The position numbers and the translations under genes are program-made. A stretch of 64,000 bases of DNA from Barthelona sp. PCE (Eukaryota): assembly GCA_040285745.1 (NCBI GenBank), contig JAUFOR010000001.1:558001-622000 (forward strand). The letters are read 5' to 3'. This document shows positions 50,748 through 61,000 of the stretch, piece by piece. Position 1 is the first letter of the stretch; each line of letters starts with the position of its first letter. The notes beneath the pieces are model-generated. The model was not told the origin of the DNA. It saw only the letters and a list, made by a program, of their open reading frames with translations, and made no database searches.

Positions 50748-53700
50748 TTACAGTACTTGATCGTAGTCAAGAAAAGCATTAATATTTTTCTTTTTCGTAG
50801 GGTTGTGTGTAATTGATTGGAATATGACGTATATCACTGGAATTAATACAATAAAGAAGAAACTGGTTGAAAGGGTAGAGTATAGAACAATAATGAAGCT
50901 CAATATTACCATAACGGAGGTCACCTTCAACATAAAGACATTAAGCTGATGGAATGGTTTCACAAACACAATGTACAATAGAATGGCAACTAAGAACGTT
51001 TGATTTGGAGTTGGTGTATGACTAACATACGAAACGAATGTAAAAAGCGTCCTTCCAATCAGAACCATATAGAAGAAGGCACGATAATCACTCTGGTTAT
51101 GGCTTACAACACGCTCTGTCTGTCTATAGCACAGATAAAAGAATGCAAAATAGGTTGCAATTAAAATAAGGTTGAGGGGGTTGTAAGGTGTGTTAAAATC
51201 AGATAAAGTGTGGAAGTATCTGTTAGACATGATGCCATAGATATCATACGAAACAAATGGGATAGTGCGAAGGAAAACTAGTTTTGTTGTGTACGGCAAA
51301 AAGAAGAAATTGAAAGAAATAATTTTTCCAGTTTTTGGCTTGTCAGCCCATGAAAGATGCATCAAGAGTGGTAAAATTACGCACAAAACACGAGCAATGC
51401 CAGAAAACAGGATTGCAGTGACAAAGTAGGCTGAGAACCAAAGGATCTTCAGCAAAAAATTGGGTTGTTTTTTTATGAACAGGCAAACGGACCAAGCTAT
51501 AAGGCCAATTATTCCAACCCCTATGTAGTATTTGTGCAGAACAAAAGCAATGTACCCAATTACAGCATGCGCCAACACAACCAAGGCTGTAAAAAAAATC
51601 TTGTATGGGATTTTGAAAAACAAAGAACAAAATAACAAAAGGTAGACATACGGGAAAACCGCATCCAAAAAGCTGAATGTGACTGAGAAATTCGAAAGGG
51701 GATTTACCAAGAGCTTAAGCAAGAGATCAATGTGGTTAGTATCTCTCAAAAACACATCTAAGTTATTTGACGCAAAGATGAGCGGCCATAAGATAATTGC
51801 AAAGTCCTTAATGACGTTAATGATCTCAAAAGCTTCGAAATCTGTTATAAACAAAGAATCTTGTCCGGCCTTGAAAACACGCGTCCAAGGAACATGACCT
51901 ACCAGGTAGTAGAACTTGATTGCCATCCACACCATCACGACATGGATCAGGAACACAACTAGGACCAGCCACTCTTTCTGCATAGGAATAATGACACATC
52001 CCTGGTTGAACAAATTGAAATACCCTTCATATTCGACACCGTCTATCTTCTGGTACGGGACGCACTTGGTGCACGCGGTTGAATAGTGCCCGAGAACACA
52101 CCCGTTGCCGGACGCATCGTTGTTATGGTATAGGTCTCGTTCAAAAGCATCAAGTTCGAAGAATGCACGCCCGGAAACACCGGCGTCAGCTCTCCCTGTG
52201 CAAAATGAGTTGTAACAGTCAATGAGATATGCCGTGTTGTTCGCTTCAACGACGAAATAACCGTCATCGTTTGAGTATACAAACCCGGATATACCATATC
52301 GTTGCATGTCTGTTAAGTTCGCCTGTTTTTCATCCCAAAAGCATTGCGGCTCATTCACGAGCTCAAACTGATGATATGCAATTGAACACGCCTGACATTT
52401 ACCAGCAACAGCGTCCCAACCGTACCCGGCTCGACATGCCACCTTTTCTGGGACTCCAGTGAAGATGGGGACTCCAGTTGTCTCGAAGAAGGCAACGCGT
52501 AGCTCCTTAGATAGAATGTTGAATTCGGAGAGTGGTAGTCTCACTGAGAATTCATCAACGTTGATCATCCCAAAACTGAAGGGTTTCTGCGTGATGTAAG
52601 CAAAATGCGCATTATGCTGGTGGCCGAGCTCCATCGGTTCAAACAGAGAATTCTGCCCAATAATGAGTTGGATTTCCGCTTTGTCAATTGTGTTGACACC
52701 TATACGCTGAGCATAACCGTTCTTGCTATATCCAAATGGTTTGTCGGCGACGATGTTCCGGGTGCCATTCACACGCACTGATTCCTGGTTTAACATGAAT
52801 GATGTTGAGTAAATCATAAACGGATAAATAACATTAGGATGCATGGATGGCATTGTAGCGATCTCCATGTTGGTCATTGTCAGGTTGAAGTGCTTGAATT
52901 CTGCGACGTGGAACACGAGAACGGAGTCATCTGGGATAAGTATTGTTGAATCTGCTATTTCCACTTCAAAGTCTTCAGTGAATCGATCGACTGAATCAAT
53001 AACCATAAAGACAGAATTGTGGACGGGTCCAAGGGACAACTCACTGATTTCAACCCAACCTATACGACCAAACATGCCCAGAAAGTAATGATAAGAGGAA
53101 TTGAAAACTGTGACGTTACTTACTGATACAAAAGGTCTGTCTATCAGAATCCCAGCATTCGATACACAGTTCTCGACTACAGAATCCATCGCTGAACTTA
53201 TGATTATTACATCAGTGAAGTGCAACTGGGAAAGAAGAGTCTGACCACCTGTCTTGACCAAATGATTGATAGTTGAGTTCATGACCGACAATAGCGCCAT
53301 CTCAAGTGCGCCAACCTGAACGCGATCTGCTGTGTATACGATAAAGGGCATTTGCACTCTCTCAAAAAACAAATTACTGAATCTACGCTTGGCTCTGTAA
53401 GATCCTTTTCCAAACTCAAAGAGCCCCCACTGCAACCGACAGTCCCTAACTGTAATGTTTTCTGCTGTTATATCAGGAACAACAAACAGACTGAGCGGTT
53501 CAGAACTAGGGGAGTTGTATGAATTGGTGATTACTACCCGCTTGATATCATCCAGATGAAGAGGTCGAGTGAAAAGAACCTGGTTGAACGTAACGTCTTC
53601 AAGGATGAAACGGTCAGAAGAAAATGGGAACACGCTGTTTTCAAAGGTTACGTTTTTTAGAAATAGTTCGGAAATTGCTTTAGACTCATCGTGTATGTCA

Positions 53701-54752
53701 ACTGACAGCAAAATATCGCTCACTTTCGAGTCATATATCCTCACAAACTGGGCATCAGGCAAGATAAATTTTCCCTGCAGAGAAATTTGTGATATTGAGC
53801 TGTCAATAATAAAAAATTGCTCTATTGCAGCCGATGAGTGAATTTCCCACTCTGGGAATTGAGCCAAAAAATGAGTATAACGTATAATGGCAGTCGTAAT
53901 AACAACACTTCTTTGCAATGATATGGTTGACTTTTCGTTAAGCACAGGCATATTGATCATCTTCAGTGTTTCAACCCTAACTCCAACGAACTCCATCCCT
54001 GATGTTCTGATTTCCTTCATTATAATCGCAGCAACCTCTACTTGTCGATCATCTGAATTACTAAACGTGATGAATGGCAAATATGAACTCAATAACGTAA
54101 ACTTAGGAATACTTTCAGTGTATAAAATTATATTGGTACCAGCTATCTGGGAATCAGTAAGAAGGAAAAAGTTCATGTCCACATTAAATTGTATCCATTT
54201 TATCGAATGCACTTGACTCATATCAGCTGTTGAACAGGTTAGTCTTATTTCAGCATAACTTCCCAAAACAATAATATTTCTAGCAAAAAAGATACTTTTA
54301 GGATGATGATTATTCATTGAGAAAAAAAATTCTATTGTGCTGTTTGTCACCATCACGTTTTGCATGTCCCACACGGTGGTTTGGAGCGTGGAATTCAATA
54401 TAGTGGCATATCCATCGTCAGAGCTCGAAATTGTTGAGTTAATGAGTGTTGAATCCACTATGGTTGCATGTTTTGTGGTTATATCATTACTTTGAGCAAT
54501 CAATGAAGAAGAAGTCACATTGAAATCATCAAATGACTCAACATATGTTGTTTTAGCAAAGACAATCTCAATATCGCAGTTCTCGATGGATAACGACACC
54601 GTAAGCAGCAGTTTGTCCCACACAAGGACAACCGTCTCATCGTGTAAGTCTCTGATGTAGTTATTTCCTTCCTCAATATTGTAATTAATAGTATTGCCCA
54701 GACAAAGTACCGCAATGCTGCATAGCAACAGCAAACGGAAAACGGCACACAT
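50748..54752 (-). CDS. Large surface protein: signal peptide, beta-rich ectodomain, Cys-rich region, multi-pass TM domain
   Basis: Likely ATG 54752 (MCAVFRLLLL); CRAGY..CQAC, GCVLGHYSTACTKC; same architecture as 4055-8758. Confidence 0.75.
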   Translation of the reverse strand: MCAVFRLLLLCSIAVLCLGNTINYNIEEGNNYIRDLHDETVVLVWDKLLLTVSLSIENCDIEIVFAKTTYVESFDDFNVTSSSLIAQSNDITTKHATIVDSTLINSTISSSDDGYATILNSTLQTTVWDMQNVMVTNSTIEFFFSMNNHHPKSIFFARNIIVLGSYAEIRLTCSTADMSQVHSIKWIQFNVDMNFFLLTDSQIAGTNIILYTESIPKFTLLSSYLPFITFSNSDDRQVEVAAIIMKEIRTSGMEFVGVRVETLKMINMPVLNEKSTISLQRSVVITTAIIRYTHFLAQFPEWEIHSSAAIEQFFIIDSSISQISLQGKFILPDAQFVRIYDSKVSDILLSVDIHDESKAISELFLKNVTFENSVFPFSSDRFILEDVTFNQVLFTRPLHLDDIKRVVITNSYNSPSSEPLSLFVVPDITAENITVRDCRLQWGLFEFGKGSYRAKRRFSNLFFERVQMPFIVYTADRVQVGALEMALLSVMNSTINHLVKTGGQTLLSQLHFTDVIIISSAMDSVVENCVSNAGILIDRPFVSVSNVTVFNSSYHYFLGMFGRIGWVEISELSLGPVHNSVFMVIDSVDRFTEDFEVEIADSTILIPDDSVLVFHVAEFKHFNLTMTNMEIATMPSMHPNVIYPFMIYSTSFMLNQESVRVNGTRNIVADKPFGYSKNGYAQRIGVNTIDKAEIQLIIGQNSLFEPMELGHQHNAHFAYITQKPFSFGMINVDEFSVRLPLSEFNILSKELRVAFFETTGVPIFTGVPEKVACRAGYGWDAVAGKCQACSIAYHQFELVNEPQCFWDEKQANLTDMQRYGISGFVYSNDDGYFVVEANNTAYLIDCYNSFCTGRADAGVSGRAFFELDAFERDLYHNNDASGNGCVLGHYSTACTKCVPYQKIDGVEYEGYFNLFNQGCVIIPMQKEWLVLVVFLIHVVMVWMAIKFYYLVGHVPWTRVFKAGQDSLFITDFEAFEIINVIKDFAIILWPLIFASNNLDVFLRDTNHIDLLLKLLVNPLSNFSVTFSFLDAVFPYVYLLLFCSLFFKIPYKIFFTALVVLAHAVIGYIAFVLHKYYIGVGIIGLIAWSVCLFIKKQPNFLLKILWFSAYFVTAILFSGIARVLCVILPLLMHLSWADKPKTGKIISFNFFFLPYTTKLVFLRTIPFVSYDIYGIMSNRYFHTLSDFNTPYNPLNLILIATYFAFFYLCYRQTERVVSHNQSDYRAFFYMVLIGRTLFTFVSYVSHTPTPNQTFLVAILLYIVFVKPFHQLNVFMLKVTSVMVILSFIIVLYSTLSTSFFFIVLIPVIYVIFQSITHNPTKKKNINAFLDYDQVL

Positions 54753-54792
54753 TGTGCTTGGAAAAAGAAAGAAAAAAAGAAATCGAGATAAT

Positions 54793-56037
54793 TTACACAC
54801 CACCTTCAGCGTTTCTCATAAACGCAGCAAAGTTGTCCTGATCGAAACACTTGTACTGAAACACTGTTTTTCCAACGTGATAAAGAATATCTTTAATACT
54901 ACGTTGATCTTGAGGTAACTCGCTATTGATTCCTGTGATATTAGCAGCTTCCCCAACGAAGAAACCGATGTCATCATCCTTATCCTTGCACTTGTTGCAC
55001 AACTGTGCTAACCTAATATCTGGTGTTGACCATTCCTCATCCAAGTCAAAAAGATCAAGTGGAGGACCCTTTAACCCGGCTAATTGTGGAGGAAAAACAG
55101 CGGGGGAGAGCTTGGGCAACTTCATCTCGAACTGGGGTGGTATCAATGTTAAATTTTCAACTTCGAGGTTCAGATTCTTAAAGAGTTTTAGGGATTCCGG
55201 TACAAGACTTAGATCAAATTTGAACAGTTTTTGATCCATTATGTGGTTTAATCTATTCAGTTTAACGTCTGGCAGCTTACTGACATTTGTGAACTTGGGT
55301 AGAGGTTCAGCTGCATATAACGATGATGTTGGTGTGTGGAAATAATCTTTAAAAGGAACCTTAAGGTCATTGAACCACTGTTTCATCTCCTCATCAGGCA
55401 GTACTAATGCAGCAAACAAGCTCGAAGCCAAATCTCTGTTTTTCTCCTTGTCAAACAGTTTTGATGAAAACATTGCTGTAGAGCCGGTTACGAGCACAAC
55501 ACCCTTACCAACTTGTGTATTGCATGCAAATACTGGTCTTTCGGATGGGTAACAAGCAATATCAGTGTTGACAATCGAAAAAGCTGGCTCTTGTACTGTT
55601 AACGTTGATCCATAAGCAAAAGCAAAGCTATTCAGGTCTGTTGAGAGCTTGCTCTTCTTAAGAGAGATCGTTGATTCCTTTGGATGAAGGTATTCAATAT
55701 GGGCGCGCTGTATCACGGTATCTGAGTTAACAATGATGGAGTATTGCTCCAACAGAAAGTTTACGTTACTTTTCTTTGCGCTGTCCTCACTTAGGATGCA
55801 CCACAACCTTCCTGAGTTTGACAAAAACTCTATAATCTGTGTAAATTCTTGTGAAGTAAAATTGCGCTGCGGGTCTACAAGAAGGAGCAAGTCCGAATCA
55901 GACAACTCCTCTACTGTGATGTTTCCTGAGCTTATAAACTCAATTTTAACTGTGCGGGCTAGTAAACGAAAAAATAACCTTAACTGTGTTTGAATTTCAT
56001 CACTTGCCACGGCTAGAATACGGTAATTACTCGACAT
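54793..56037 (-). CDS. IFT52: Intraflagellar transport protein 52
   Basis: NVNFLLEQYSI, YLHPKE, FAYGSTLTV, LTLIPPQFE..LP.L.PAVFPP, LDLFDLDEE, RLAQLCNKC. Confidence 0.93.
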   Translation of the reverse strand: MSSNYRILAVASDEIQTQLRLFFRLLARTVKIEFISSGNITVEELSDSDLLLLVDPQRNFTSQEFTQIIEFLSNSGRLWCILSEDSAKKSNVNFLLEQYSIIVNSDTVIQRAHIEYLHPKESTISLKKSKLSTDLNSFAFAYGSTLTVQEPAFSIVNTDIACYPSERPVFACNTQVGKGVVLVTGSTAMFSSKLFDKEKNRDLASSLFAALVLPDEEMKQWFNDLKVPFKDYFHTPTSSLYAAEPLPKFTNVSKLPDVKLNRLNHIMDQKLFKFDLSLVPESLKLFKNLNLEVENLTLIPPQFEMKLPKLSPAVFPPQLAGLKGPPLDLFDLDEEWSTPDIRLAQLCNKCKDKDDDIGFFVGEAANITGINSELPQDQRSIKDILYHVGKTVFQYKCFDQDNFAAFMRNAEGGV

Positions 56038-57027
56038 AGGCGATGGGTACGCGAATTCTCTGCGAAAAGAAGGAAATAGAGATGTGAAAGGGAAAACAGA
56101 CCTTCTGTAAACTCAGTGTATTATTTTGTTGGTTTTTGTAAAGTTAAGTGCATGTTATTCCCACACTTATTTGTTTGTTTTACTATTAATTGGTAAATTG
56201 CATACCTGCCTAATGTATCATTGCCTTTATACATTTTTTTCTCTTTTTCTGTCATATAAACAGTATAATGATGCTTTGAATGGATTTTAAACCATATAAA
56301 TTTCACGAAAAAGAAAATACCAAGTTTCTAACAAATATGCCAATTACTGGTGTTGCTCAGCTCAAGTTCTGAAGGAATAAAAGACAGAATAATTAATCTT
56401 TATTCGCAAATTTGCTTTCTTAATACGCTATAAATCGAGTAAGTCGTTTTTTTATATTTCTTTTCATCATTTGGAAATCTTTCTTGAATGCCATAGCTGC
56501 AACAGGGCTTTTGCGTACCCCTGAATAGGATTATAGGCTCACGATAAAGTTTATTGGAAGTTGTTTACATGAAGTTACTACATATCGTAATGGTCAACAA
56601 CCTCTCACATCATCTTCTAATTCTGTCATTCTCCACTGTTGGAACTGAACGAAATTTGACATTGGAAGAGCGGGCATTAAACAAGGACGAAAAAATCATC
56701 CAAGCTCTTAACCACAAGTAGGATCCCATAATACATATCTTCCTTAAAAATTGAGGAATTGTGCATTAAGAACCTCAAAGAATGTATGTGATTAAGAAAG
56801 TTGGCCCAAATGAACTGTTTGGTGATTCCCCAACGTTAAAACGAGACTTAAAATTGAGAAGCCAAGAGCCATTTATATGTTCTTTAGTCTACCTTTGCAG
56901 GTATTAATATCCCATTGAAGTACCTGCTGCTGAATGTAAAAGGTAGAATTCAACATAACGCATGTTATTCAATTTTTCACGCTTTACGTTGTTTCGAACA
57001 CTATAAAACACCCATTTCACTTTTCAC

Positions 57028-57565
57028 ATGTTACCTTTAACCTTTATTCAGAAAGCCATCGGCTCTAACATCGTATTTAATTATTGTTTTCGATTTTTGC
57101 ATTCTTTGCAACACAATAGCAACTTTATACATTGAAGTTGTCATTGGGGCGTCAAAATACTGGATATTCTTGTCCATCTATATAAACCATTAATCGAAAA
57201 ATCACAAAAGAAATGCTCACTTTTAGTTATTGGAATTGAAGAACGGAGATTCTTATGGCGGTTTGCTTAGCGACGTTGACACATGGATGAATCTCAAGCT
57301 CGAGAATGTAATTATCACAAAGGCTGATGGTTCCCAGTTTTACAGTGCTGCTGAGGTATATGCACGTGGTGCGTTTATTAAGAACATTCGCTTTGAGGAG
57401 CAGGTGTTAACTGCCGCACTCGAGAGTGTTCAACCTATCCAGAAACAGTACATTTCGGAACAGCCTGAAGAAAAAAAACCTCGCACTCATAAGAAGCATT
57501 TCAATGGAAAGGGCAAGAAAAAGAGACAGAACAACAACAACAATAATAGACGCAGAAATAGGTAA
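57028..57565 (+). CDS. LSM4: U6 snRNA-associated Sm-like protein LSm4, two exons (57028-57072 and 57227-57565)
   Basis: Spliced MLPLTFIQKAIGSNI/LLELKNGDSYGG..DTWMNLKL..DGSQF..YARG..IKNIR. Confidence 0.9.
57073..57226 (+). other. Spliceosomal intron in LSm4, 154 nt, phase 0
   Basis: GTATTT...GCTCACTTTTAG; removal joins the MLPL start to the Sm1 motif in frame. Confidence 0.85.
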
Positions 57566-57595
57566 GTGTGGTGTGATATTCTTAATGGAAGTAGT

Positions 57596-57919
57596 CTACT
57601 TTGATACTGGTGTTGCGAGCTTTCCTTTGATATTGTTCAGCTTACCTGTGATGTTTTCGATCCTTTTCGATAATTTTTTAGCTTTTCTAGAGTAATAAAG
57701 TACCTCATTCACAAAATCTCGTATATCGGTGTATTGGCTTTTTTCTGTCACGTTTTGAAGTTCAAACACAGTCTTACTCACTTCTGCCTGTATAACCTCA
57801 ACTTCAGCCACCTCTGCTACGTTAGAATCGAGTAGATGAATTGCTCTGGATGGAAGAACACATGCTTCCTTCACTAGAGGGCTAGTAGATAGCCCCTCAA
57901 TAATTGGTTCATCAGACAT
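57596..57919 (-). CDS. Small coiled-coil protein, possibly a BLOC-1 snapin/pallidin-like subunit
   Basis: 107 aa; IQAEV and YSRKAKKLSKRIENITGKLNNIK patterns. Confidence 0.45.
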   Translation of the reverse strand: MSDEPIIEGLSTSPLVKEACVLPSRAIHLLDSNVAEVAEVEVIQAEVSKTVFELQNVTEKSQYTDIRDFVNEVLYYSRKAKKLSKRIENITGKLNNIKGKLATPVSK

Positions 57920-58076
57920 GTTTCCAAAGAACTTGAAAAGATGGATAGGGTGATATAAGAAATTGCATAATTTTGATGTTTTTCAAAATCACCTAAATTG
58001 TAAATGGTGTCATTATATGTCTTCCAATCCAGAAAGTTTTGTTTATTCCAATGTTTTGTTACAAAACTAAACTATT

Positions 58077-61000
58077 TTACAATACTTCAAACAATAAATT
58101 GATTGTGACTATTGTTACAAAAAGTTGTAATCCGATGAAATAGCGCAAAGAAAGCGAGAAAATAGTGGCAGATGAGAAGAAGATAAAAACTAAAGTGCTC
58201 AGATAGCAGTACTGTTTTTTGTAAGCTAAAAAGGATAGAGAGCATGTCAAAACACTAATAGTCATGAAAAAATTATGAGAACTAAGCTGAAGTGTTTGTG
58301 AAGTTGATAATGCTGGGAAGCTCATGGCCATAGACCATAACAAATGATAAATTATGGGAAACGCACAAAGACGCACACGTTTTGTATGTCTGTTAATATT
58401 TATGCGGATGAAAACAAGATATACTATCAAAAATAACAAAACAACAGTGACAAAGTCGCCAACAATAAACGAGTCAATCTCAAAATCACCGAGAGCAACA
58501 GTGTACCATCGATTAATAGAAGAGAGAATGTTAAACAGAGCAGCAATGCTCAAAGAGACTCTGCTAAGAACGAATATTGAGCGGACACCAGGAATAAAGG
58601 CGCATACGATACACCAAACGAGAAGAATCACACCCGCAACAGCGTTTGGACCGATCTTTACGGGATCACATTCACTATAGCGAGAAACACGAGTGCTATC
58701 ACAATTGTGACACAGATACCCGCTTCTTCCACTGTTGCACAACGATTCGTTAAAGGTTTCGATTTCAAGACATGAAGTGTTGTCCACACAAGGAATGGGT
58801 ATATCAGCAAAAAAGTAACCTGCCTCAATGCCCTTGAGCTTTCCATCGCGACATAGATAGCCGCGTGGGCAGTTCGTGCACATGTTTTCTTCCAAGTATG
58901 TTCCAAGAGTGCAATGACAGTCAGCAACACTGACAGATCCTTCTTCAGAAACGAAGGTGGCTGCACACTCGAGGCAAACAGCGCTGTGTATGTCGGGCTG
59001 GTAGAACCCCTCACCACACGGTGCGCACGAGAGAGGATCGGTTGATGAAATGAAAGTACCCCTGTCACAGACGCACGTCCGCGTAGTACTTGACCAGACA
59101 GTGCTCGTTGGACACTCAATCGTTGTATTCGCAAAAGCGACAGTCTCATTGGAAGATAGTAGGGAAAATGTTAAGATGCTTCCAGGTGCGAGGTCGCTTA
59201 TTGCGTATGGAATGCTTTGCGCTGACATATTGAGCATGAACTCGATCGAGTCTACCTCAATGTTTTGCGCAATAACCGAGATGTGTGCTATAGTGCTATT
59301 CAACTCCGACACGCGTACATGTGGCGGAATATTTTTCGGCTCAATGTATATCGTACCAGGACCGACTACTCCGAATACAGTGAGGTCGAATGAGCGGTGC
59401 ACGTACTCCAGCTCATTAACAACCAACGGGACACAGAATTTGCTTGCGCAGAGGCTGCAGTTCCTTATCTGTTCGTATGACGCGTTGAACCTGATTGATG
59501 CAGCTGATACAGCGAGCACCGTACCATTGCAAGAACCGCTTGTTGAAAAAGAAGTATCAACATTGCGGCCCAGCCAGTCTGTAGCGTTGAACTGCAAAAC
59601 ATGTTCGGCTTCCCGGCTCCAAACTTCAACATCCACGCTACTGAACGAGAGGTCAAAGACATCACCGAGCGTTGGCTCGATTACCGTGCTGGCCTTCAAC
59701 GTCACGTTTGATATTGAATCAAAAGCCGTTACCATTAGCGCTTCAGACGATGTGCGGCACAGCGGCAGCACAAAGACAGGTAGCATGCCTGAATATGAAC
59801 GTTTGCAGTAATCAACAAAATACTCGTGCGTCACTTGTGCACCGAATATGTTCGCAAGTGAAACTGAGATTGAAACGTCTCCTGGATTCGCCCTAACGGT
59901 GGTAGGGAGCGTGATCGCGACAGACACTGGTTGTAGAAGTTGCAACTCAACGAGATCGATCGAGTTGATGCTTGTTGCGTCGCACCCATCAATAACTGAT
60001 ACGTCAATGATCATTCCAGGTGACACAACGAACATGTCCACCTTATACGCGCACACCTTATGTGTGGTGGCGAACGAAGGCAAACGGTCGCATGTCGCAT
60101 CTGAGTTAACAATGAGAGACACATCTCCAATGCTTATGTTGACTGATGGAACGTTGCATGTGTCAAAGTACGACACAAGAACACCATCCACGACGGTATC
60201 GGTCGCCCCATCAAACTCAAAGGAACTTTTCTTGACCGGATCGGACGGCTGAAGCATGCACCTGCTTTCTCTCACTGATGCGACAGATTGCGCATTGAAT
60301 ATGGGGCCAAGCGACGTGGGAATGCCCGCAAGGCAGTAGGGACTGAGCACGGGCGAAACCTGGAAGTACTCCGTGTGTTCGATGCAATACAGTTGCACAC
60401 AATATTAACACCATATACGTTTACGTCCGTTGGTACATCGCAAATGATGGTGCTATCGTCAACAACAGTCGTCTCGCGTTCGCCGCCTATGTCACAGACG
60501 CAACTCGGCTTGAATGAATGTCCAGCAACTGTAATAGGTCTTATACTCGTCACACTCACGGTCAGCGGTGATATTGAAGTGATCACAGGCTCTGAAATGG
60601 TGATACTCGAGAAGACAGCGCAGTGTGCATTGTTACAAGCGACGAGTGGTTTGTCTCCCGTTGTTGTAGTAAACACGGTGTTGTTCACAAGAAAATCACA
60701 GTTCTCAGAGCATGAAATATCATAAGATGTGTTGACGTAAGCGAAAGCGGGAAGGTCAAGCACTGGGAACGGGTCGACAGTGATAGGCGTTGATATCCAG
60801 TCAAAAACAACTGTCTGTGCATCAGAAATACCGGTAGAGATGCACGATATGTGTGAGACAGTCCACTGACAGAAGGGATCATCAACTTCAGGCAGGTTAT
60901 ATCCAGTGATGATGACTTCAAAAGGTTTATCACTAAACACAGTCTGCGGTTCAATGCTAGTAACCGTGTACACGCTGAGCAGCCCGACAGAAGTTGTGAT

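Noticed and set aside
54753-54803. Apparent overlap between IFT52 and the downstream surface-protein ORF
   Set aside because: Artefact of an alternative start in the ORF track; ATG 54752 gives a signal peptide and no overlap.
56100-57000. Coding-like interval between IFT52 and LSm4
   Set aside because: The frames I translated contain many stops of all three types and no recognisable protein; at most a decayed relic.
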